Shown here: piece by piece, positions 1 to 8,299 of the stretch
Layout: each line of letters begins with the position of its first letter
Position numbering within the stretch: position 1 is the first letter of the stretch
Assembly (NCBI GenBank): GCA_037381445.1
Contig: JARRQT010000144.1
Location: 1 to 17,496, forward strand
From: Calditrichia bacterium
GTDB lineage: Bacteria > Calditrichota > Calditrichia > RBG-13-44-9
Direction: 5' to 3'
Length of the DNA stretch: 17,496 nt
Made by a program: the position numbers and the translations under genes
The notes under the pieces: generated by a model
Told to the model about the DNA's origin: nothing
What the model saw: only the letters and a program-made list of their open reading frames with translations
Database searches by the model: none

Positions 1-57
1 GTATTCTCAAGCCAGTTGGATATTATTTTTTGAATGGAACAACCTTCACCAGGGATT

Positions 58-1128
58 ATGGAACAGAATAAAACAAAACCGCTTGTTTCGCTCATCACGG
101 TTAATTATAACGGGATCAGCTACCTGAAAGATTTATTCACCTCTTTGAGAAATGTCACCTATTCGCCCCTGGAAATCATTATGGTGGACAATGCTTCCGA
201 AGATGAAAGTGTGGAATATACCCGTCGGAATTTCCCGGAAGTTAAAATCGTCTGTAATGACCGGACTTACATGTTCGCCCGCGGCAATAATGAAGGCATC
301 AAAATAGCAGCAGGTGAGATCATCTGCCTCATCAATAATGACATTATTGTGGAGCCGGGATTCCTGGAACCGGTTGTGGAAAAATTTATCAAAAATCCGG
401 AAATGGCTGCCGGTCAGCCGAAAGTTTTGGATATGAATGAACCGGATCATTTCGAATATGCCGGGGCCGCCGGGGGATTTCTGGACAAGTACGGCTATCC
501 ATTTCTCAGAGGCCGCTTGTTTTTCACGCTGGAAAAAGATGAAGGTCAATACGATTCAGAAATTGAAATTTTCTGGGCCAGCGGCGCCTGCTTTTTTATC
601 CGGAAATCGGCGTTGGATGAAGTGGGATTACTGGACGAAAACTTTATCCTGCATATGGAGGAAATAGACCTGTGCTGGCGGATGCATCTCTATGGGAAGA
701 AAATTTACTACGTGTCAGCAGCCCGGGTGTGGCATAAGGGAGGCGGAACCATGGCAGCGGAAAATCCCCGCAAGGTTTTCTGGAATTACAGGAACAACAT
801 TTTTCTGTTGGTAAAAAATCTATCCTTTCTTAATTTAGTCAGGATATTGAGTGCCAGGTTGTTTCTGGATTCCGCTGCTTTCGCAGGTGAACTGGCGAGA
901 GGAAAAGCAAAAAGTGCATTTGCAATTGTTCAGGCATACGGATGGGTGATTTCTCATATTCCGCTGATGGCGCGCAAGAGAAAAATGACGCAACGGAACC
1001 GCCTGTCAGAAGATGATTTCATATTCAAACTGATTTATCCGGGAAGCATTGTCTGGGAGTATTTCGGGCGCGGAAGGAAAAAATTTAATCAGCTTAAAAG
1101 GCGAAACTATCTGGTAAAACAGCTTTAA
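58..1128 (+). CDS. Family 2 glycosyltransferase (GT2, WbbL/RfbF-like rhamnosyl-/hexosyltransferase type)
   Basis: N-terminal 'VSLITVNYNG...IIMVDNASED' GT-A start, 'FARGNNEG', 'LINND' (DxD-like), 'WASGACFFIR', 'HMEEIDLCWR', 'VWHKGG'. The ORF is open from ATG 34; ATG 58 is preferred because the family fold starts soon after it. Confidence 0.88.
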   Translation: MEQNKTKPLVSLITVNYNGISYLKDLFTSLRNVTYSPLEIIMVDNASEDESVEYTRRNFPEVKIVCNDRTYMFARGNNEGIKIAAGEIICLINNDIIVEPGFLEPVVEKFIKNPEMAAGQPKVLDMNEPDHFEYAGAAGGFLDKYGYPFLRGRLFFTLEKDEGQYDSEIEIFWASGACFFIRKSALDEVGLLDENFILHMEEIDLCWRMHLYGKKIYYVSAARVWHKGGGTMAAENPRKVFWNYRNNIFLLVKNLSFLNLVRILSARLFLDSAAFAGELARGKAKSAFAIVQAYGWVISHIPLMARKRKMTQRNRLSEDDFIFKLIYPGSIVWEYFGRGRKKFNQLKRRNYLVKQL

Positions 1129-1152
1129 TTTTAATAAGGAGTCTGCTTAAGA

Positions 1153-3798
1153 ATGGAAGCAAAAAAGTTGAATCGGTTGTTTGCTGCATTTGTATTCCTC
1201 TTTAGTTTTGTGGTTTATTATATGACAATTGCTCCAACAGTCTCGTTTTGGGACTGCGGAGAGTTCATTGCCAGCTCCTACCGACTTGCCGTACCGCATC
1301 CTCCGGGTTCTCCGCTGTATCTGCTGGTAGGCCGGATCTTCTCAATGATCCCGATTTTCGCTAATATTGCCAAACGTGTTAATTTTATTTCCACCCTTTC
1401 AAGTGCGCTCACGGTCATGTTTCTTTATCTGACCATTGTGATCATGATAAAGCAGTACCTTAAAGACGGCAAAGGATTCATGAAGCTGGTGCCTTATCTG
1501 GGTGGTGTGATCGGCGCTTTGACGTTTGCCTTTACTACCAGTTTCTGGTTCAACGCCGTGGAAGCGGAGGTATATGCACCTTCCATGCTATTTACTTCTC
1601 TGGTGGTGTGGTTAATCATGTTCTGGAGCGAGCGAACCGAGGAAGTGGGAAATGAAAAATATATCCTTATCATCATGTATCTGGTCGGTCTGGCGGTAGG
1701 TGTCCACCTGCTCAACGTCCTGGCGCTGCCGATGGTGTTCATGATAATTTACTACAAGAAATATCCGGTCAATAAGAAGACCTTTGTTTATCTTGTAATC
1801 GTCGGTCTTTTATTGACAGCCCTGGTTTATCCGGTGCTGGTTCAGGGCATACCGGTTTTGGCTGAAGTCGGCGGATTTTTCGGACTGCTTATCGTGTTGG
1901 TAGGTCTGGTAGTCCTGCTGGCCTATGCCGTGAATAATAAAAAACCGGTACTGGGATTGTTGCTTACCTCGGTGTTGCTGATTGCTCTGGGGTATTCCAC
2001 CTACCTTACTATTTATATCCGGTCGGGAATGGATCCCAATATTGATGAAAATGACCCGGAAACGGTCCAGAAATTTATCAGCTATATGGAGCGCGAGCAG
2101 TATGGCGAGCATACACTTGACCGGGCAAAGGTACTGTCGGAATCGCCCAATAAAAATCAATATAGCGGGGTGTGGGATTTCTTCTGGAATTACCAGATAA
2201 ACAAAATGTATGTGCGGTATTTCCTCTGGAATTTCATGGGTGAGGCAAATGACAGCGATAATTTCAGCATGACCAAGTTTTTTGCCATTCCATTTTTATT
2301 GGGTTTGCTGGGAGCCTGGTACCATTTCAAGCGGGATTGGAAATATGCGCTGGCGGTCTTTGTCCTTTTCTTCATGACCGGGCTGGCGATAATTCTATAT
2401 CTCAACCAACCCGACCCGCAGCCGCGGGAGCGGGATTACAGCTATGTGGGGTCGTTTTTCGCGTATGCCATCTGGATAGGCATTGGCGCGGCGGCCATTC
2501 TGGAATGGTTTGCCAAACAGGGGGAGAAATCGTTTTCCAGCAAAATGGTAGCGCCTTTTGTGGCTGGCGTGCTGTTTTTTATTTCACCGGTTCAGGTGCT
2601 GGTTAAAAACTACCATCATCACGACCGTTCCGGCAATTATGTTGCCTGGGATTATTCCTACAATATGCTGCAGTCCTCTGAACCCAATGGAATCATGTAT
2701 ACCAATGGCGATAATGACACCTTTCCCTTGTGGTATTTGCAGGAAGTCGAAAATGTTCGGAAGGATGTCCGGATTGCTAACCTGAGCCTGTTAAATACCA
2801 ACTGGTATATCCTGCAGCTCAAGAATAAACCGCCTAAGGTGCCTATCACGCTGACGGATGCCGAAATCGAAAAAATAATGCCGGTACCGTGGCCCGAAAA
2901 ACGAACCATCGAAATAAAAATCCCTGAAGGATATCAGCAAAAAGAAATGGAGATATATAATAGCACCTTCAAAATGAACACCGATCCTTCAACTGACGTC
3001 CTTAAATTTGATCTGGGGCCCAAAATATTCGGCCGCTATCTTCGTGTGCAGGATTACATGATCCTGAACACGCTTTATGCTAACCGCTGGCGGAAACCTC
3101 TGTATTTTGCAGTAACAACTTCGCGGGATAATATGCTTGATGGATTGCAGCGCTACCTGCGCATGGATGGTTTGGCCTTCAAAATTACGACTGTTCCAAA
3201 CTGGTCAATCGATCCGGATACCCTCTACAACAATCTGATGCACAAGTACAAATATCGGAATCTGAATGATCCCAGCGTGTATTATAATGAGAATATTATC
3301 GCGTTACTGCAGAATTACCGTTCGGCATTTATTCAGCTCGCCAACTATTACGTGACTTTCCACGAAAAAGATAAGCTGAGGGAAATTCTGGAAAAGATGA
3401 ATGAAATTATGCCGCCCTCGGTAATTCCATATACCAATCCTGCCATAATGGACTGGATCGACGCGTATCAAATATATTCCGGACTGCTTCCGCTGGACAG
3501 CCTGAATTTGAACAATTATGACCTGAGGAACATGCAGAATATGGGAAGGGTCTTGGCGAGCATTGGCGATGCGAGCGCTTCCCAGAAAGCTTTCGAAGAA
3601 GTTTTAAAAGCGGACCCCAATAACGTGCAGGCTAAGGGTTACCTCATCGATATTTATGGAGATAATCAGGAATATCAAAAAGCCATTAATATTTTAGAAG
3701 GCTGGCTGAAACAAAATCCCCAGGATCAGGGTGCAAAGAAGCGCCTGGATGAATTCAAGAAAAAACTGGCAGAATCATCCAAAGGAAAGAACAGTTAG
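1153..3798 (+). CDS. DUF2723 / TMEM260-like multi-pass GT-C membrane protein with C-terminal TPR repeats (putative protein O-mannosyltransferase)
   Basis: 881 aa with many hydrophobic segments. Family motifs 'SFWDCGEF', 'HPPGSPLY', 'EAEVYA', 'RERDYSY', 'GDNDTFPLWY'. TPR-like tail 'AFEEVLKADPNNVQA...YQKAINILEGWLKQNPQD'. SD AAGGAG at 1136-1141. Confidence 0.88.
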   Translation: MEAKKLNRLFAAFVFLFSFVVYYMTIAPTVSFWDCGEFIASSYRLAVPHPPGSPLYLLVGRIFSMIPIFANIAKRVNFISTLSSALTVMFLYLTIVIMIKQYLKDGKGFMKLVPYLGGVIGALTFAFTTSFWFNAVEAEVYAPSMLFTSLVVWLIMFWSERTEEVGNEKYILIIMYLVGLAVGVHLLNVLALPMVFMIIYYKKYPVNKKTFVYLVIVGLLLTALVYPVLVQGIPVLAEVGGFFGLLIVLVGLVVLLAYAVNNKKPVLGLLLTSVLLIALGYSTYLTIYIRSGMDPNIDENDPETVQKFISYMEREQYGEHTLDRAKVLSESPNKNQYSGVWDFFWNYQINKMYVRYFLWNFMGEANDSDNFSMTKFFAIPFLLGLLGAWYHFKRDWKYALAVFVLFFMTGLAIILYLNQPDPQPRERDYSYVGSFFAYAIWIGIGAAAILEWFAKQGEKSFSSKMVAPFVAGVLFFISPVQVLVKNYHHHDRSGNYVAWDYSYNMLQSSEPNGIMYTNGDNDTFPLWYLQEVENVRKDVRIANLSLLNTNWYILQLKNKPPKVPITLTDAEIEKIMPVPWPEKRTIEIKIPEGYQQKEMEIYNSTFKMNTDPSTDVLKFDLGPKIFGRYLRVQDYMILNTLYANRWRKPLYFAVTTSRDNMLDGLQRYLRMDGLAFKITTVPNWSIDPDTLYNNLMHKYKYRNLNDPSVYYNENIIALLQNYRSAFIQLANYYVTFHEKDKLREILEKMNEIMPPSVIPYTNPAIMDWIDAYQIYSGLLPLDSLNLNNYDLRNMQNMGRVLASIGDASASQKAFEEVLKADPNNVQAKGYLIDIYGDNQEYQKAINILEGWLKQNPQDQGAKKRLDEFKKKLAESSKGKNS

Positions 3799-3823
3799 TT
3801 TATCAATTTTTAAAATAATACAT

Positions 3824-3860
3824 AAGGGTAGAAGGTGTTGCAGAAACGCTTTCTACCCTT
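3824..3860 (+). terminator. 16-bp stem-loop downstream of the DUF2723 gene (terminator or mRNA-stabilising hairpin)
   Basis: AAGGGTAGAAGGTGTT-GCAGA-AACGCTTTCTACCCTT: 14 Watson-Crick pairs plus 2 G-U pairs on the + strand. The U-tract is short. Confidence 0.6.
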
Positions 3861-3946
3861 TGCACTATCGCAAAATTCGTTCCTTTTGCCAAAATCAGAA
3901 TTGTTTATTTTTGAAAAAATTAAAACTTGCTGTATTTTGTTGATGA

Positions 3947-4921
3947 ATGAAAAAAGTAATATTAAATATTTTACGTGTTATCATAAGCCTTGGGCTCATT
4001 TATTATCTGGTCCATATCGCCAACATCAACAAAATAATCTCCGCCTTTCAAGAAATCAGTGCATTTCCCATCATCCTGGCTGCAATAGCTTTCATCATTT
4101 CCATGGTTTTTCTGGCAATCCGTTGGCTATTGCTGGTTCAATCCTATGGAATTCGCGCCGATTTTATCAGCCTTTTTGTTTATTATTTTATCGGGTTGTT
4201 TTTCAATAATTTTTTGCCGACCAGCATTGGCGGCGACCTGAGTCGCGCCTACTATCTTGGACAGCACAGCGGCAAAAAGGCCGCCAGCTTGGGCACCGTT
4301 TTTCTGGAGAGAGTTATCGGACTTTTGTCCACCCTTTCATTGGCCGGCTTATCTCTGTTCTGGCTGGTGGGATATTTCAATTCCAGACGCATTGTCTATC
4401 TCACCCTCTTTTTGGGTGTAATTCTAATTGTATTTATGCTCTTCGTGATGAGCCGCCGTTTATACCGGCGGTTGAATAAACTAATTTCATTAATTACTTT
4501 CTATGATATTGGTGATAAAATTTCGAAGGTTTTTGACACATTGCACTATTACCGCGATAAGAAAATGATTTTAATCAGCGCCTACTTTTTTTCTCTATTC
4601 GCGCAATTTATGCTGATCGTCATGAATTATATCTTGGCCAGGGGGCTGGGACTAGATAGGGTTGCTTTCGGATATTTTTTCCTGCTCGTCCCTGTGACCT
4701 TCCTCTTCAGCCTTTTTCCATCCATCAATGGAATCGGCGTGCGGGACAGCGGTTATGTGCTTCTACTCACCATGCAGGGACTTTTACCGGCGCAGATCCT
4801 GTCCCTGTCTTTTTTGGTCACAGTCATTCCCATCGTTATGAGCATCATCGGCGGGGCTTTTTTGCTTTTCTATCGACATAAAGGACTTAAAACGCCAATC
4901 TTAACCGAGGAAAAGATATGA
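3947..4921 (+). CDS. UPF0104 / lysylphosphatidylglycerol-synthase-TM-domain (flippase-like) membrane protein
   Basis: 324 aa, highly hydrophobic. Motifs 'RW..L', 'FFNNFLPTSIGGDLSRAY', 'ER..GL', 'P.SINGIGVRD' are typical of LPG_synthase_TM/UPF0104. Confidence 0.85.
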   Translation: MKKVILNILRVIISLGLIYYLVHIANINKIISAFQEISAFPIILAAIAFIISMVFLAIRWLLLVQSYGIRADFISLFVYYFIGLFFNNFLPTSIGGDLSRAYYLGQHSGKKAASLGTVFLERVIGLLSTLSLAGLSLFWLVGYFNSRRIVYLTLFLGVILIVFMLFVMSRRLYRRLNKLISLITFYDIGDKISKVFDTLHYYRDKKMILISAYFFSLFAQFMLIVMNYILARGLGLDRVAFGYFFLLVPVTFLFSLFPSINGIGVRDSGYVLLLTMQGLLPAQILSLSFLVTVIPIVMSIIGGAFLLFYRHKGLKTPILTEEKI

Positions 4922-5970
4922 AGAAAAATCGCACAATCTTCGCATTTTTTATCCTTCTTCTTTTTACCGGTGTTGTTTCCTGGCAGTGCTCTTCCATGGG
5001 GGAGGCCCTGGGAGAAGATGATGTTATCATTGTTTTTGCCGATTCCCTGGACTGGCAGTATTATGAGGATCCTTTGAACACTGTTTTCGGCGAGTATCTA
5101 AAAACCCCGATTCCGGAACATGAATTCATTCTGAGATGGGAACCCTTTGAGAATTTCAAGAATTATCAAAATTACAAAAACATCTTTTTTCTTGGCCGCC
5201 TGGATTCGAACGAACCGGTTTCCCAGAATGTGAAGGAACTGTTAAATCCCGAAATCATCGAAGGAGTTAAATCGGGAAAATATTTTTACATCCCAAAGCA
5301 AAATGTCTGGGCCATGAATCAGTATGTTCTGTTTCTGGTCGCCAACAACCGCGATGATATGATCCAGAAGATCATTGATCTGGGGGACTTAATATACGGG
5401 GATTTCCGGAAATTCTATTTCAAACGACTACAGACAGAGATGTTCAAGAGGATGGAGAACAAAGACCTGGAAAAATATATCGCGGATCATTTCCCTTTCA
5501 CCATGCGGGTCCAGCATGACTACTTTATTGCCAACGAAAATTTGCAGGAGAATTATGTCTGGATAAGGCGGCTTGATCCCGACCGTTCGATTCTGGTGCA
5601 CTGGCAGCCCAAACCGGAAAATTTTCAGTTGACTTCCCGCTGGATAATTGATGAAAGAAACCGGCTGGCCGAACAGATTTACGGCGGGGACAAAGTAGTT
5701 GAGGATGAAACGAAAGCCTATCAGGTAAGGTTCAAACAATGGAATGCCATTCGTCTGGAAGGCACCTGGCGAAATGACAGCCTGATGATTGGCGGGCCTT
5801 TTGCAGATATCACCTTTGTTGATCCTGAACTGGAGAGAATCTATATGCTGGATTACTATGTGCAGGCCATTGGCAGGCGCAAGAAACCATACCTGGATCA
5901 ACTGGACGTGATTATCCATACTTTTGAGGTGCAGAAAGAGCCGAAAATGAAAGTAGAATCTCAGAAATAA
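4918..5970 (+). CDS. DUF4837-like putative lipoprotein
   Basis: Signal peptide ending 'VSWQC' (Cys25). 'TP.PE..F', 'NVWA.NQ', 'EGTW.....GGPF', 'K..YL.QL' resemble DUF4837 (recalled, not searched). ATGA overlap with the upstream gene. Confidence 0.7.
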   Translation: MKKNRTIFAFFILLLFTGVVSWQCSSMGEALGEDDVIIVFADSLDWQYYEDPLNTVFGEYLKTPIPEHEFILRWEPFENFKNYQNYKNIFFLGRLDSNEPVSQNVKELLNPEIIEGVKSGKYFYIPKQNVWAMNQYVLFLVANNRDDMIQKIIDLGDLIYGDFRKFYFKRLQTEMFKRMENKDLEKYIADHFPFTMRVQHDYFIANENLQENYVWIRRLDPDRSILVHWQPKPENFQLTSRWIIDERNRLAEQIYGGDKVVEDETKAYQVRFKQWNAIRLEGTWRNDSLMIGGPFADITFVDPELERIYMLDYYVQAIGRRKKPYLDQLDVIIHTFEVQKEPKMKVESQK

Positions 5971-6018
5971 TCAAAATTCGATTAAATTCTAATTTCATTA
6001 ATAACCGGAGAAATGATA

Positions 6019-6483
6019 ATGGCAAAAGTAGCGATCATCATGGGAAGTGAGTCGGACAGGGCGGTGGTAAGTGAAGCCCTCCCGTTTCTGAAATATTTCC
6101 GGATAGAGGCGGATATGATGGTGATGTCAGCGCACCGCACGCCCGAAGAGGTGCAGCGTTTTGCAGGCAATGCGCAGCAGAACGGCTATGATGTCATCAT
6201 CGCCTGTGCTGGAATGGCTGCTCATCTGCCGGGCGTTCTTGCGGCCTATACCACCCTTCCTGTTATTGGAGTTCCCCTGGCTGCGGGTGCCCTGAATGGT
6301 CAGGATGCGCTCTATGCAATTGTCCAGATGCCCGCTGGCGTGCCAGTAGCAACCATGGCTATCGGGAAGGCCGGCGTGCGAAACGCCGCCATTTTCGCTG
6401 CCCAGATTCTGGCACTTCATGAACCGGATATTGCCGGCAGAATGCAGGAATTCAAAAAGAATAAATGCCGGATTCCGGAATGA
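6019..6483 (+). CDS. purE: N5-carboxyaminoimidazole ribonucleotide mutase (class I PurE)
   Basis: 'IIMGSESD', 'SAHRTP', 'AGMAAHLPG', 'PVIGVP', 'VQMPAGVPVAT'. SD GGAG at 6007-6010 fits ATG 6019 (alternative ATG 6013). Confidence 0.96.
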   Translation: MAKVAIIMGSESDRAVVSEALPFLKYFRIEADMMVMSAHRTPEEVQRFAGNAQQNGYDVIIACAGMAAHLPGVLAAYTTLPVIGVPLAAGALNGQDALYAIVQMPAGVPVATMAIGKAGVRNAAIFAAQILALHEPDIAGRMQEFKKNKCRIPE

Positions 6484-7397
6484 AAATTGTCGTCGCCGGC
6501 ACCATAAACAAGGATCTCATATTGCCGTTTGAAGGATCGTACATTCAGAGTATAGGGGGAATATACTATACCATCTCTGCGCTCAGCCAACTAGGGGGAG
6601 CGGAATTGCAGATCGTCCCGGTCTCCTATATGGGAGAGGATTTTTACGATTCCTTTTTGAATCTGATCAGCAACTTCCCCAACATTGAAAGATCGGCTTT
6701 AGTGCCTGTCGATCAAAAACATCATAAAGTGATTCTTGAATATGTTACGCCAGAGGAACGGACCGAAAAAGCGCTCTTCAATTTTTCGCCCCTGGAATAT
6801 CACCAGCTCGAAAAGGCGGGCGATGCCGATTTTTTTATTATCAATCTCATTACCGGCTGGGACCTTTCTCTGGATGCATTTCTGGAGCTCAGCGAAAATT
6901 ATTATGACCGTATGTTTCTGGATGTCCATTTTCTGGTAATGGGGATAGACGAGCTGGGGAAGAGATATCCCATCCGGCCGCCGAACGTTGAACGCTGGCT
7001 GAGAGGCGCTCGCTTTGTTCAGATGAATGAAGCGGAATACCAGGTGATTTCAGGTACTTCTTCCGGTGAAACGATGTTTTTTGAACAATATTTGAACCCG
7101 GATCAAATAATGATTCTGACATTGGCCGGCAAGGGAGCCAGAATTATATTTCATAAAGATGGCATTGTCAGGAATAAGCTTTTCCCGCCCTATAAGCTGA
7201 AAAACCTTGTGGATGCCACCGGTTGCGGAGATGTCTTCAGCGCGGCATTTGTCCTGAAATACCTGGGAACCCAGGACTTATATGCAGCTATGGACTACGG
7301 GAACAGAGCTGCCGCTGCGAATTGCATGTTGAAAGGTACCACTGAAATGGATAAATTGTTGACGAAAATGGAAACGCTGGAGATCAGGGAGCCATAA
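6480..7397 (+). CDS. PfkB/ribokinase-family carbohydrate kinase
   Basis: N-terminal 'IVVAGTINKD', 'GG', 'MNEAE', C-terminal PfkB signature 'VDATGCGDVFSAAF'. ATG 6480 overlaps the purE stop (ATGA). Confidence 0.85.
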   Translation: MKIVVAGTINKDLILPFEGSYIQSIGGIYYTISALSQLGGAELQIVPVSYMGEDFYDSFLNLISNFPNIERSALVPVDQKHHKVILEYVTPEERTEKALFNFSPLEYHQLEKAGDADFFIINLITGWDLSLDAFLELSENYYDRMFLDVHFLVMGIDELGKRYPIRPPNVERWLRGARFVQMNEAEYQVISGTSSGETMFFEQYLNPDQIMILTLAGKGARIIFHKDGIVRNKLFPPYKLKNLVDATGCGDVFSAAFVLKYLGTQDLYAAMDYGNRAAAANCMLKGTTEMDKLLTKMETLEIREP

Positions 7398-7399
7398 AA

Positions 7400-8299
7400 A
7401 TGAAGAGGATACTTATTGCAGGCGCCAACGGACTATTGGGCCAAACCCTCGTAAAAACATTCGAAGCAAGAAGCAAGGTCCTGGCTACCGGGATTGAAGA
7501 AAAGCCGCATCTGACCCCGGTGACGTGGGAATACTTGCCGCTGGATATCACCAAAATGGAGGACTGTAAGAAACTCTTTCAGGAATTTGTGCCGGAAATC
7601 GTTATTAATGCGGCATCTTATACCCACGTTGATGACTGCGAGAAAAACAGGGAATTGTGCTGGAAAGTGAATGTGAAGGCAGTGGAGAATCTCGGACATC
7701 TGGCCCGAAGGTACGATGCGCATTTGATTCACTATTCCACGGACTATATCTTTGACGGCACTGAAGGACCTTACGGGGAGGATGAAACTCCCAATCCCCT
7801 GGGCTATTATGGTAAATCCAAACTTGCATCCGAGAATGTTTTGCATCAAATTGCACCTTCTTTTACCATATTGAGAACCTGTGTTCTCTATGGAACCGGA
7901 TATGGCGTAAAGAAGAATTTTTTCCTGTGGGTAAATGAAAATTTGAGAAAGGGAAACAAAATTAACGTGGTGACCGATCAGTATAACAATCCGACCCTTG
8001 CAGAAGATCTGGCCATTGGCACGCGGCTGGTCATTGAAGAATCGGCGCAGGGGGTTTATCATATGGCCGGCAAAAATTATATCAACCGTTATGATTTTGC
8101 GCTGGCAATCGCAGATGTTTTTAATCTGAGAAATGATCTGATCGCTCCCATCCACAGCGAACAGCTTCAGCAGCAGGCGAATCGCCCGCCCAGAGGCGGC
8201 TTGAAAATTGATCTCGCTGGCAGGGATTTGGGATATACACCGCGTTCTGTAAATGATTCTTTAATCTATCTGAAATGGAAAATGGAGCGAAATGGCTGA
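7400..8299 (+). CDS. rfbD: dTDP-4-dehydrorhamnose reductase (RmlD/RfbD, SDR family)
   Basis: 'GANGLLG' Rossmann motif, 'NAASYTHVDDCE', 'STDYIFDG', catalytic 'YGKSK', 'DQYNNPT'. Confidence 0.9.
   Translation: MKRILIAGANGLLGQTLVKTFEARSKVLATGIEEKPHLTPVTWEYLPLDITKMEDCKKLFQEFVPEIVINAASYTHVDDCEKNRELCWKVNVKAVENLGHLARRYDAHLIHYSTDYIFDGTEGPYGEDETPNPLGYYGKSKLASENVLHQIAPSFTILRTCVLYGTGYGVKKNFFLWVNENLRKGNKINVVTDQYNNPTLAEDLAIGTRLVIEESAQGVYHMAGKNYINRYDFALAIADVFNLRNDLIAPIHSEQLQQQANRPPRGGLKIDLAGRDLGYTPRSVNDSLIYLKWKMERNG

Noticed and set aside
3731..4209. ORFs 3731-3943 and 3835-4209
   Set aside because: They overlap well-supported genes and the hairpin, and have no SD or family motifs.
7433..8155. 240-aa antisense ORF
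   Set aside because: Lies entirely opposite rfbD with no recognisable motifs; a typical shadow ORF.
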